DNA of 64,000 nucleotides from a virus (Duplodnaviria; Heunggongvirae; Uroviricota; Caudoviricetes): IMG/VR virus record IMGVR_UViG_3300037067_007156, positions 557,519 to 621,518 of that record; one strand, 5' to 3'. Shown piece by piece: positions 30,546 to 40,401 of this stretch (position 1 is its first letter; each line of letters starts with the position of its first letter). The notes under the pieces were generated by a model. It saw only the letters and a program-made list of their open reading frames with translations, ran no database searches and was not told where the DNA came from. The position numbers and the translations under genes were made by a program.

Positions 30546-31499
30546 GTGATTTTTACTTCAAAAAAGATAAAAAATATGAAAACAAACAATTTTTTAAAAA
30601 ACATGTTCAGAAGAATAAGTTCTTCTACATATGTTTTTATTAAAAACGTATTGTCTATAATTGGTCTTTTTTCTATTATTACTATTATTTCTTCTTCTGT
30701 TAAATTTACAGATACGTCGGCGTATTTACTTTCTCAAAATATTTATTTGGAAACTAAAATACATAAATTAGATAAAAAATATGATGAACTTTTATCTAAA
30801 ATTAATATTTTCGTAGATGAAGACAATGATATGTATAGAGAATTATTAGGTATAGATACAGTTAATTATAAAAACAATGATGTTTATGATGTTAATATCT
30901 TTATTAATAAAGATGACACTGGTGGTGTAGCTGATATGAATAGAAAATATTTTTATGCCTCGAAAATTTTATCATCGATGATGGTATCTAAAGGTGAATT
31001 AAAAAAATTAATGAAGCAGGAAGGAACATCTAATTTTTCAAATATACCGTTAATGCAACCTATAAGAACCGAAGATGTAGAATATATTCCTTCTACTTTT
31101 GGTTTAAGATTTCATCCATTTTATAAAAAAGTTATATTTCATGATGGTGTTGATATATCTGCTAAAAGTGGTAGTAAAATCGTTGCAACCGCATCTGGTA
31201 CAGTCGATATTATTATACATTCTAATTTAGGTTATGGTAATAAAATTGTTATTAATCATGGAAATGGGTATGAAACCCTATATGCACATTTAAAATTCAT
31301 AAAAGTAAGAAAAGGTCAATATATTAAACAAGGTCAGGTGATAGGTGAAGTTGGTTCTACTGGACTTAGTACTGGTGACCATTTACATTATGAAATAAGA
31401 TATAATGATGAATTAAAAGACCCATTGGCTTATTTTCAAACTTATTTAACACCAATAGGGAAAGATGGAGAGATGACTGCTTATAAACCTCTTAAATAA
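30546..31499 (+). CDS. M23 family metallopeptidase, membrane-anchored (Bacteroidota-like)
   Basis: HDGVD, YAHL, STGDHLHYE motifs; N-terminal TM helix. Confidence 0.9.
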   Translation: MIFTSKKIKNMKTNNFLKNMFRRISSSTYVFIKNVLSIIGLFSIITIISSSVKFTDTSAYLLSQNIYLETKIHKLDKKYDELLSKINIFVDEDNDMYRELLGIDTVNYKNNDVYDVNIFINKDDTGGVADMNRKYFYASKILSSMMVSKGELKKLMKQEGTSNFSNIPLMQPIRTEDVEYIPSTFGLRFHPFYKKVIFHDGVDISAKSGSKIVATASGTVDIIIHSNLGYGNKIVINHGNGYETLYAHLKFIKVRKGQYIKQGQVIGEVGSTGLSTGDHLHYEIRYNDELKDPLAYFQTYLTPIGKDGEMTAYKPLK

Positions 31500-31506
31500 A
31501 TAATTC

Positions 31507-31905
31507 ATGGAAGAAAATATTGACATACTAATCCAAAAGATACAGGAAGCACGAAACCCTAAGTATTTCTTATGGCAAATTGTTAAAGACGTTGAATTTT
31601 TTGCTTCTGAGAAATATAAAAATTGGTTGATTGGTAAAAAAGATGAATATATTTATTTTAATTACGACACAAAAAATCATACTTTATATTATAGTTATTA
31701 TAAAATTTATCAAATTTTATCGTCGAAATATCATCTTAATGAAGTGAAAGCTAACGAATTAGTGAGTGGTATGGTGAGTGAACATTTCAAACTGAAGGTA
31801 GACACAACACAAGGTTCTGTGATGAGTGTGTTAGCCAAGGTGAGTGAACATTTCAAACTGAAGGTAGACACAACAATCCTATGGTATACCCTTTATACAA
31901 TTTAG
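31507..31905 (+). CDS. Array-associated small protein A; C-terminus encoded by CRISPR-like repeats and spacers
   Basis: Paralog of 39325..39726; contains VSEHFKLKVDTT twice. Confidence 0.75.
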   Translation: MEENIDILIQKIQEARNPKYFLWQIVKDVEFFASEKYKNWLIGKKDEYIYFNYDTKNHTLYYSYYKIYQILSSKYHLNEVKANELVSGMVSEHFKLKVDTTQGSVMSVLAKVSEHFKLKVDTTILWYTLYTI

Positions 31906-31921
31906 GTGATTGAACATTTCA
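31773..31921 (+). CRISPR. Mini CRISPR-like array A: 2 identical 36-nt repeats, 1 partial repeat, two 30-nt spacers
   Basis: GGTGAGTGAACATTTCAAACTGAAGGTAGACACAAC at 31773-31808 and 31839-31874; degenerate copy from 31905. Confidence 0.8.
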
Positions 31922-32298
31922 ACACCCAAATTATAAAAATAAAAGAATCATTGATGTGTGAAGTTGTAAATATTAAGAAAAACAAAAATTATGATATTTA
32001 TATTGGACGAGGTAAATGTCCGAATACTGGGGAAGAATCTAAATGGGGAAATCCGTATTCACACAATCCGAATAGTTTAGCTAAATTTATAGTTGATACC
32101 AGAGAAGAAGCAGTAGAAAAAATTGAAGAATGTTTACTTAGTAATAAAGAACTGCTGGATTCTTTACCCGAACTGATGTATAAAAAATTAGGATGTTGGT
32201 GTAATAAAAGACAATTATGTCATGGTAAAATAATAAAAAAATATGTAGATAGATTGGAACAAAAATATGAAATTTATAATTTATTAAAAAATGATTAA
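31906..32298 (+). CDS. DUF4326-family protein (true start probably MCEVVN, about 31954)
   Basis: YDIYIGRG, SKWGNPY, LGCWC...CHG motifs. Confidence 0.8.
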   Translation: MIEHFNTQIIKIKESLMCEVVNIKKNKNYDIYIGRGKCPNTGEESKWGNPYSHNPNSLAKFIVDTREEAVEKIEECLLSNKELLDSLPELMYKKLGCWCNKRQLCHGKIIKKYVDRLEQKYEIYNLLKND

Positions 32299-33124
32299 GA
32301 AAATATATTTTCATCATCTATATCCCATGTGCCGTCATTATCTACTGATTTAATATGATTGGCCTCAAATATAACATATTCTGAACCATATATAATACCA
32401 TCATATCCTAATTTTTTAACAATATCAGTTATCTCTTGACTATAATTACCTAAATCTGTTATCCAGTGAAATGCTATGTGATGTTCAAACCCTTTATTGT
32501 AAATTAAATTATCCAGATTAACCCAATTTCAGTTAAAAAATCAAAAACATAATCTGGTACACCATCAACATATTTATTTAAAGTTGTAAATTCTTCGGTA
32601 TAATTTGATAAATCATTATAATAATCTTTTATTACACGTTTTTCTTCTGTGAATTTTTCCCAAGCGATTTCGAGATTAAAATCTTTTATGTAACTCATTA
32701 AAATGGAAGCATTTTTGTCTATATTTTCAACTTCCTTAAATAGAGAATCATAATTTATTGATTTAATAACTATTTCTGGAATACCTCTCACACCATTATT
32801 TTTCAACAACAAAAGTTCTTCATCAGTCGCAGTGAACGGATTTTCCATTTTTAGATAACATTCGAGAATATTTTTACCATAGGTTTCAGCCTCTTTAATA
32901 TCATCTGAAAAATAAAAACCATAACCATAATGTCCATAATTACCTTTACTATAACCAATTCTTTTTATATCAAATGAATTAAAATTCTGATTTGTACCAT
33001 GAAATAATACAATAGGTTTACCATTTTCGATTGTTTTTGAGTTTCCGAACCATTTCCAGAAGTTTTCATTAATATTTTCTTTGTATTTATATTGTTCAAA
33101 AGTTTGTAAATATATCAAACTCAT
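32295..33124 (-). pseudogene. ADP-ribosyltransferase-like protein, frameshifted at about 32520
   Basis: LFHGT, GFYFS, AETYG, YLKMENP; the other frame continues LGYDGII...EYVIFEANHIKSVDNDGTWD to a stop at 32295. Confidence 0.65.
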
Positions 33125-33212
33125 TTATTTTTTATTTTTATATATTAATTTTCATGTTTTAAAAACAAAACATATTATATTTTTAATATATAAAAATAAA
33201 AAAAGTGTTTTG

Positions 33213-33578
33213 ATGAATCCATTGAAAATATTATATATTGAGGATGACAGAACGTTACAAAATTTAGTTAAAATGATTCTTAGAGATGAAACTAAGTATA
33301 AAATAGAATTAGCTAATAATGGTTCAGACGGTGTTAAAAAAACATTGGAAAATGATTATGACCTTATTTTAATGGATATTATGATGCCTGAGATGGATGG
33401 TGTAGAAGCTGCTTATGCTATTAAAACTGCTAAACCTGATATAAAAATTGTTGCGTTAACAGCACTTGAAAAAAATGAAATACCTAATTTTGGAGATGAT
33501 ATATTTCCAATAAAATATCATATACGTAAACCAATTATTAGTAATATACTCATAAAAAAAATAGAAGAAATAACATAA
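33213..33578 (+). CDS. CheY-like single-domain response regulator
   Basis: ILYIEDD, LILMDIMMPEMDG, VALTA, KP motifs. Confidence 0.92.
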   Translation: MNPLKILYIEDDRTLQNLVKMILRDETKYKIELANNGSDGVKKTLENDYDLILMDIMMPEMDGVEAAYAIKTAKPDIKIVALTALEKNEIPNFGDDIFPIKYHIRKPIISNILIKKIEEIT

Positions 33579-34010
33579 TTATAAAACAAAATGATTTTTT
33601 ATTCATATAATTAAAAAATAATTTAATAATATGGAAGAAAAATATATCTTTGATTTGGAACAGATGAGTGATTTTTTCAAATGGTTTTTTTTAACAACGA
33701 TTTCTAAAAGTCCAGATGGTTCTTCACAAGAAGAATTTATTAATAAAATAACTGAAAGTGGTGTTCGTGATGAATCTGGTGAATTAGATGGGACACATTC
33801 TATTCAAATTTTAATAAACGGGGTTGAAGTGAATCCATTTGAAGCTCTTTTAGAGATGCAAAAACAATTTGATGATGTAGTTCAACGAAAAGCTACTGAT
33901 AAAATTAAGAATTCTGTAAATGAAAAGATAGATGATGTACATTTAGCTTTAGATTTGTTGAAAACTAATGTTGAAGAAAATATTGAAAAATTAATAAACT
34001 TACAATAATA

Positions 34011-34538
34011 ATGTGGACTAATATAATTATAGTTTTATTAATAGTAATAATTTTATATTTTTATACAAAATATAAAATTATATTTGATATTAGTGTAAAA
34101 AATCAAGTGAAAATAAACGATTATGAAAATAAAATAAAAGAAAAAGATAAAATTTTAGAAGAAGCTAAACCATATTTGGAAAGTTACCAAGTGATTAAAG
34201 CTGAAAACAAAGAGAGACAAACATATATTGAGAATGTTAATAAAACATTAATCGAAAATAAATGTCTTGTTGAAAAACTTTTAATTTATATTATTCAAAA
34301 AAATTATAAGGGCACACCTGAAGATTACACTCAAAGATATAATAATCGAATTTTAAGTGTTGAAAATGTTGATGAATTACTTGATTATATAGAAAAAAGT
34401 GGACAAATTAAAACTAAAAAAACTAAAAAATCACCTCAAATTTTTTTAGATGAAATTCTTGATAAAGTAAAAAATAATGGTTATAATTCTTTAAACGATG
34501 AAGAAAAGAAATTTTTGAATGATTTTGATAAAAAATAA
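34011..34538 (+). CDS. Membrane-anchored coiled-coil protein with DUF6576-like C-terminus
   Basis: N-terminal TM helix; LDEILDKVKNNGYNSLNDEEKKFL. Confidence 0.55.
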   Translation: MWTNIIIVLLIVIILYFYTKYKIIFDISVKNQVKINDYENKIKEKDKILEEAKPYLESYQVIKAENKERQTYIENVNKTLIENKCLVEKLLIYIIQKNYKGTPEDYTQRYNNRILSVENVDELLDYIEKSGQIKTKKTKKSPQIFLDEILDKVKNNGYNSLNDEEKKFLNDFDKK

Positions 34539-34590
34539 TTTTTTTATTTCTAATATTCTTTTTAATATTGTAAAAATATATAATTAATAT

Positions 34591-35586
34591 ATGTCATCTG
34601 GAAATCTTTTTAATACCAAGCGTATAAGTAGATGTGAATTCGAAGAATATAAAAATCATGTTGCTGGAATACTAAACTCAAACAACATTGAATTTTTTAT
34701 TCCATATTATTACAAAGATAAACAAACATTCGGTGATTTAGATATTATTGTTCCTAAACCATTTGACAAGGAAAATATTTTTGATTTGTTCAAAATTAAT
34801 AAAACTCAATATCACCGGAATACTAATATTCATTCTATTTGTTATAAAGATACTCAAATTGATTTTATAACAACTAAACCTAATTACTACGAAACAACTA
34901 AATATTATTATTCGTGGGTTGATTTATCCGTATTATTGGGACGGTTGTACAGAAAATTTAATATAAAATATGGCTGGGATGGTTTATATTTCGAATATGA
35001 TACCGTCATCAATAACCAATTTAGAAATATTGGTAACATACCATTAACACTTGATTTTAAAACAGTTTTAAATTTTGTTGGATTAGATTATGTTCGTTAT
35101 CAACAGGGTTTTGAAACTAAGAATGATATATTTGATTTCATTTTAACATCAAAATATTTCACACCAAAATTATATGAATCTGTTTCTCAAAAACAAAACA
35201 AACGAAGTGGTATTTATGATGAAATAATCGAATATTCTAAAAATAAAGAATATCAAGATACTTATACTATGAACTTTTTCTTAGATAAAGATAATGTTTA
35301 TAAAGCTATCGATAATTACTTCACCGATTTGAATTTCTTAAATATTATAAAAGATATTAAGGAAAAAGAACATGTAATTCAAGTTAATAAAGATAAATTC
35401 AATGGAAACATTGTTATGTTGATAACTGGTTTGAAAGAAAAAGCCTTAGCTGCATTTATACAATCATTTAGAATTTATATAAAAGATAAATATGATTATC
35501 CGAGTTTTGAAAAATATGTTTTTGAAACAAACCCTGAGTTTATTAAAAGGGATATTTTGGTTCATTTTTTAGAAAAAAAACAATAG
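34591..35586 (+). CDS. Pol-beta-superfamily nucleotidyltransferase
   Basis: FGDLDIIV and QIDFI catalytic aspartates. Confidence 0.7.
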   Translation: MSSGNLFNTKRISRCEFEEYKNHVAGILNSNNIEFFIPYYYKDKQTFGDLDIIVPKPFDKENIFDLFKINKTQYHRNTNIHSICYKDTQIDFITTKPNYYETTKYYYSWVDLSVLLGRLYRKFNIKYGWDGLYFEYDTVINNQFRNIGNIPLTLDFKTVLNFVGLDYVRYQQGFETKNDIFDFILTSKYFTPKLYESVSQKQNKRSGIYDEIIEYSKNKEYQDTYTMNFFLDKDNVYKAIDNYFTDLNFLNIIKDIKEKEHVIQVNKDKFNGNIVMLITGLKEKALAAFIQSFRIYIKDKYDYPSFEKYVFETNPEFIKRDILVHFLEKKQ

Positions 35587-36339
35587 TTAGTTATGGAACA
35601 AAAAAAATTAAAATGAATAAAGACAAAACTATTAATCAAGCATTAATTGATATTATAATAAAATCCTTTGAACGGGAAGATGTAAAACTACTTTTGAAAA
35701 ATGATTTTTTAGGTGATTATTGGTATAATATTAATAAATCTTCTGACAGTCATTTAACTGGTTTTTGTTATTTAGCTTCTGAATTATATTATTTTTTAGA
35801 TGGTAAATCTCAAAAATGGTGGTTTAAAGAAATTACAAGTACTGAATTCCTACCTTATAATGGTAAACATTATTTTTTAGAAAACAAAGAAACTGGTAAA
35901 ATATTGGATATTACTAAATCTCAATTTAATAATATTGATATACCTTACCATTTAGCAAAAAATAAGGGTATAAGATTTATGTCGAAAAGCTGTAATGCGT
36001 TAAAAAAAATATTATATCAAGATATTCAAAAAATTTTATAATTAACTAATTTATAACATTAAAAATTAAATATATAAACTAAAAAAAAACAAATTATCAT
36101 GGAAAAAAATGAAGTAAAAAAAATTGAAGTAGTATGTAGTGATTGTGGTAAAAAATTCAAAACTACACAAGAATGGTTTGATGCGAGAAATAAAGATGGT
36201 AAGTTACCTTGTAGGAAATGTAGATTTTCAAAATTTCCACCAAAAAAAGAGAAACCTACTAATCAAGAACCAAGTGATGAAATAAAAGAACAAAATAATA
36301 AAGTAAAGAATTGGAATCAATTCTTGAACGAGAACCAAC

Positions 36340-36366
36340 AACCTCTTAGCTAAAGACTAAGAGGTT
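36340..36366. repeat. IS200/IS605-type end hairpin (CTAAAGA loop)
   Basis: AACCTCTTAG-CTAAAGA-CTAAGAGGTT; same loop as the hairpins at 44374-44560. Confidence 0.5.
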
Positions 36367-37890
36367 TCTTTTTAAATGAAATATAAAAATATTTCAACAC
36401 AATTAAAACAAAATGTATTTTTTGTAATATAATCAACAAAAAATATATTTTATATGAAATTAAATGTTATTTTAGCTCTTGAATTAGGCCAGATTGTTAT
36501 AGATGAAGTTGAATTTGTTAACTATATGGTTAAAGATAATAATATTTTATCCGATAATTCTATACCAAAAGCTAAAGTTCATAAAGAATATAAGGATATC
36601 ATTTTAAAAAAGTATGGTAAACCGGCTAAATATCCATGTATAGCAGTTAGTTATAATAATGAAAATAATGAGACTATAACTGAATTTCTTTATATATCAG
36701 ATGTTAAATCAGAAAAGAAAGAATATTCAGATAAAGTTAAATTACTTGAAAAAGCCGAAACTAAACTTACAGGTAAGAAAAAAATACCTACTAACACTTT
36801 TAAATTTTAAAAAATATGTATAATTTTCCTTTTGAGATAACAGAAGAGATTTTAATCAAGAATAACCTAAAATCTGTGACTTTGATAGGTGATTTAAATG
36901 AATCTTCTACACCACCAAGATTGATAATAGATAGAGGTGTGGATACTGAAAAAAATATTGATGGCGAAGAAGAAATTAATAATTTTTTAAATAAATTAAA
37001 ACTGTAAATTATGTCAAATTTTTGTTCGTGTGGCGAATGTGAATGGTGTTTACCAGTTGAAAATGTTGTTGATGAACAAAAATTCCAACTCATAAGAGAA
37101 ATGTTCATTAATTACTCATTGGAAGAATTAAAAGAATTTTTTAGAGATAAATAAACATTTTATTTACTATCTATATTTTTAACCACTTTTTCGTATATTT
37201 GTATGAAGAAGTGGTTTTTTCATGATAAAAAGAGCAAAATTATATTTAAGATGTATAATAATAACAGATGATTTAATATCATTTGTTGATATGGATAATA
37301 AATTATATTTTTATTCAAATAATATAATAAATTTTTTGTTTAGAATAAATGATTTTTATGAAGTATCCGCTAAATTAAAATATATTTCACCCGATACGAT
37401 TCATATGAGTTATTTGCGGGTTTATAATACTGACAATATTTTAATACAAAGAATGTTTAAAATAAAAAACATTTTAAATGATTGATTTAGAATTATTAAC
37501 AGCCGGATTAACATTTAATATTCTTCGACGTGAAGATGAAATTGTGTTGCAGTTTCCTGATAATAATATGCTTATTAAATTTTTTAATTTAATGAAACCA
37601 TATCATGTTTTTATCATAAATTTGATGTGGAAACCATTTATATTTACACGGATGTTAAATTTAGTAAATCTAATTGTAACGAAAGAACACTTTATTATAA
37701 ATGTTATTTTAAACAAATAGCAAAAGAAAAGTTTTTATCAACTCTCAGAAAAGAAAAAATTAAAGAACTTTGGTCGGATATAAACAATATATGAAATTCA
37801 AAAATAATTAAACATATTAAAATATTTGATTTTTTATTTCAATATTTAAAATATATATTTGTAGTTGGAATATAAACAAAAAACTATATA

Positions 37891-38187
37891 ATGTTAAAAA
37901 ACGAAAATACCAAAACAATTGAAGAGGTTTTAAACGAGATTAAAAACGAGACAGTTAAATCTCATAGATTAATTCTTCATAATGACGATGTTAATAGTTT
38001 CGATTGGGTTGTAAAATCATTAATGGACATTTGTGACCACACACCAGAACAAGCTGAACAGATTGCTATGCTTGCCCACCATAAAGGAAAAACTGAGGCT
38101 AAAGTTGGTGATTTAGATTCTCTTTTACCTATGAAAAGAGGTCTTAATGAAAGAAAAATTGAAGCTACTATCGAAACGATTGAGTAA
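37891..38187 (+). CDS. clpS: ATP-dependent Clp protease adaptor ClpS
   Basis: LILHNDDVNSFDWV...HTPEQAEQ..H.KGK. Confidence 0.88.
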   Translation: MLKNENTKTIEEVLNEIKNETVKSHRLILHNDDVNSFDWVVKSLMDICDHTPEQAEQIAMLAHHKGKTEAKVGDLDSLLPMKRGLNERKIEATIETIE

Positions 38188-38563
38188 TATACATTTATGT
38201 ACAATAATACACTATATATTCATCTTAAAAAAGGTGAATATCATTATTTGTTTGTCAAGTATAGAAATAAAATTCACAAATTTAATTCTGGTGATATAAT
38301 TATTGATTGGGTTGATTATATTGAATTTATATTGGGTCTTAATACAGATATTGAAGTTATAATTGACCAAAGTTTAAATGATTATTTAATTAATAATACA
38401 CAATATCATATATTATCTTCAAATCAAATTATGGGTCAACTGTATGGTAAAGATAGTATTCATTCTTTTGGGTTTATTGCTAAAAATGAATGGAAAGACT
38501 CAATACAATTAAAAAATTATATTCTTTCTAAAAAAAGAATGAAGAAAATAACAACTTTATTCG

Positions 38564-39322
38564 ATGAGGTACGATAATATCATATTTGTTGGGGATATTC
38601 ATGGTGATTTTAAATTCCTTTTAAAATATATAAAAGAATATGAATTAGAAAATTCTTTATTTTATGTATGTGGTGATTTTGGTGTTGGGTTTGGAACTGA
38701 ACATGAAGAATATAAAAAATTAAAATATTATAATAACTCGTTTAAAAGTAAAAATAATAAATTAGTTGCTATCCGAGGTAATCACGATGACCCCAAATAT
38801 TTTAGGGAAAATTTTAAAGTGAGTAATATAGAATGTTTACCAGATTATACTGTAATCGAAGCAAATGATTTAAATATATTAGGTATTGGTGGAGCTATCA
38901 GTGTGGATAGATTACCGAATCCCGATGTACGTGATTTAGTCACCAAAAAATCTTGGAAAGGAAGAAAAGATGGTAAAGATTATTGGTTTGATGAAATTGT
39001 TAATATAGATGAGAATAAATTAAATTCTTTAAAAAATATTGATGTTGTTGTGACGCACGATGCCACTGATTTTTGTTATCCAGAAAATTATACTGGCCTT
39101 AATAAGTGGGTAAATAGCGACCCTAATATTATGGTCGATTGTATTGAAAATAGAAAAAATTTGACATATATTTATGATAAACTAAGAATTAACAATAATA
39201 TAAAATATTGGTTTTATGGGCATTTTCATCAATATAATTTCTCAGAGATAAATGGTACAAGATTTATACTACTGGATATTGACATGTGTTACCCATTAGA
39301 TGAAAGATATTTTATTAAATAA
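38564..39322 (+). CDS. Calcineurin-like metallophosphoesterase
   Basis: GDIHG, CGDFG, RGNHD, TH and GHFH motifs. Confidence 0.9.
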   Translation: MRYDNIIFVGDIHGDFKFLLKYIKEYELENSLFYVCGDFGVGFGTEHEEYKKLKYYNNSFKSKNNKLVAIRGNHDDPKYFRENFKVSNIECLPDYTVIEANDLNILGIGGAISVDRLPNPDVRDLVTKKSWKGRKDGKDYWFDEIVNIDENKLNSLKNIDVVVTHDATDFCYPENYTGLNKWVNSDPNIMVDCIENRKNLTYIYDKLRINNNIKYWFYGHFHQYNFSEINGTRFILLDIDMCYPLDERYFIK

Positions 39323-39324
39323 TC

Positions 39325-39726
39325 ATGGAAGAAAACATAGATATATTAATACAAAAAATACAGGAAGCACGAAGCCCAAAGTATTTTTTATGGCAGGTAA
39401 TTAAGAATGTTGAATGGTTTGCTTCAACGGTGTATAATGATACTTTATTAGGTAAAAAAGATAGATATGTTTATTTTAATTACAATAAAAAAAATCATAC
39501 TTTATATTATGATTTTTATAAAATCTATCAAATTTTATCATCGAAATACCATCTTAATGAACAAGAAATCAGTGAATTAGTGGGTAGTATGGTGAGTGAA
39601 CATTTCAAACTGAGGGTAGACACAACTTGGTCAAAATCAGATGCTTCATCAACAATGGTGAGTGAACATTTCAAACTGAGGGTAGACACAACTCAGCCCG
39701 ATATTACTCATAAAAGATTCTGGTGA
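39325..39726 (+). CDS. Array-associated small protein B; C-terminus encoded by CRISPR-like repeats and spacers
   Basis: Starts MEENIDILIQKIQEAR like 31507; contains VSEHFKLRVDTT twice. Confidence 0.75.
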   Translation: MEENIDILIQKIQEARSPKYFLWQVIKNVEWFASTVYNDTLLGKKDRYVYFNYNKKNHTLYYDFYKIYQILSSKYHLNEQEISELVGSMVSEHFKLRVDTTWSKSDASSTMVSEHFKLRVDTTQPDITHKRFW

Positions 39727-39889
39727 GTGAACACTTCAAAATTGGGGTAGACACAACGCCTCGTAAGTGTTAACGATAAAACGTGTAGGTGAGTGAACAT
39801 TTCAAAATACAGGCAGACACAACAACGAAAATTATTTACCTTAATTTCAAATAGATGAGTGAACATTTAATTTTAAGATGAATACAATA
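39591..39889 (+). CRISPR. Mini CRISPR-like array B: 5 repeats (progressively degenerate), 4 spacers of 30/29/30/30 nt
   Basis: GGTGAGTGAACATTTCAAACTGAGGGTAGACACAAC at 39591 and 39657; variants at 39722, 39788, 39854. Confidence 0.88.
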
Positions 39890-39912
39890 GAATAAAACTA
39901 ATAAAACTAAAC

Positions 39913-40401
39913 ATGTTTTGGAATAAAAAATCAGATATAGTACAATGGACTGAGAAAATGTTCGAACATTCTTTCAAGAAAGAGTGGTATGAAACATATT
40001 TTGCTATCGATGTTCATGGTACTATATTATTACCAAACCATAGAAAAGATTATTTAGAAGCTAATTTTTATCCTTATGCGAAGGAAACCATGCAATTATT
40101 ATCCGCACGAGATGATATTAAATTAATCATGACTACATCATCATATCCTAAAGAAATAGAATTTTATAATAATATTTTTATTTCTAATAATATAATTTTT
40201 GATTATATTAATGAAAACCCTGAGATAGATTCAACAAAAGGGTTCTTCGGTTATTATGAGAAAAAATTTTATTTTAATATTATGCTGGAAGATAAAGCTG
40301 GATTCCGACCAGAACGTGATTGGAAACAATTATATAAATTGTTTAAGCATTACGAGAAAATAAAATATTTTCCAGACCCAAATTGGTATATGAAAAAATG
40401 A
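39913..40401 (+). CDS. HAD-like hydrolase
   Basis: AIDVHGTI, MTTSS, DYINENPE, LEDKAGF motifs. Confidence 0.65.
   Translation: MFWNKKSDIVQWTEKMFEHSFKKEWYETYFAIDVHGTILLPNHRKDYLEANFYPYAKETMQLLSARDDIKLIMTTSSYPKEIEFYNNIFISNNIIFDYINENPEIDSTKGFFGYYEKKFYFNIMLEDKAGFRPERDWKQLYKLFKHYEKIKYFPDPNWYMKK

Noticed and set aside
33081-33212. N-terminal extension of the response regulator
   Set aside because: It overlaps the divergent gene and its promoters. The receiver domain starts at ATG 33213.
31507-39889. Diversity-generating retroelement explanation for the paralogous repeat-bearing genes
   Set aside because: There is no reverse transcriptase in the window, and the variable segments are wholly unrelated 30-mers between constant repeats rather than adenine-specific variants of a template.
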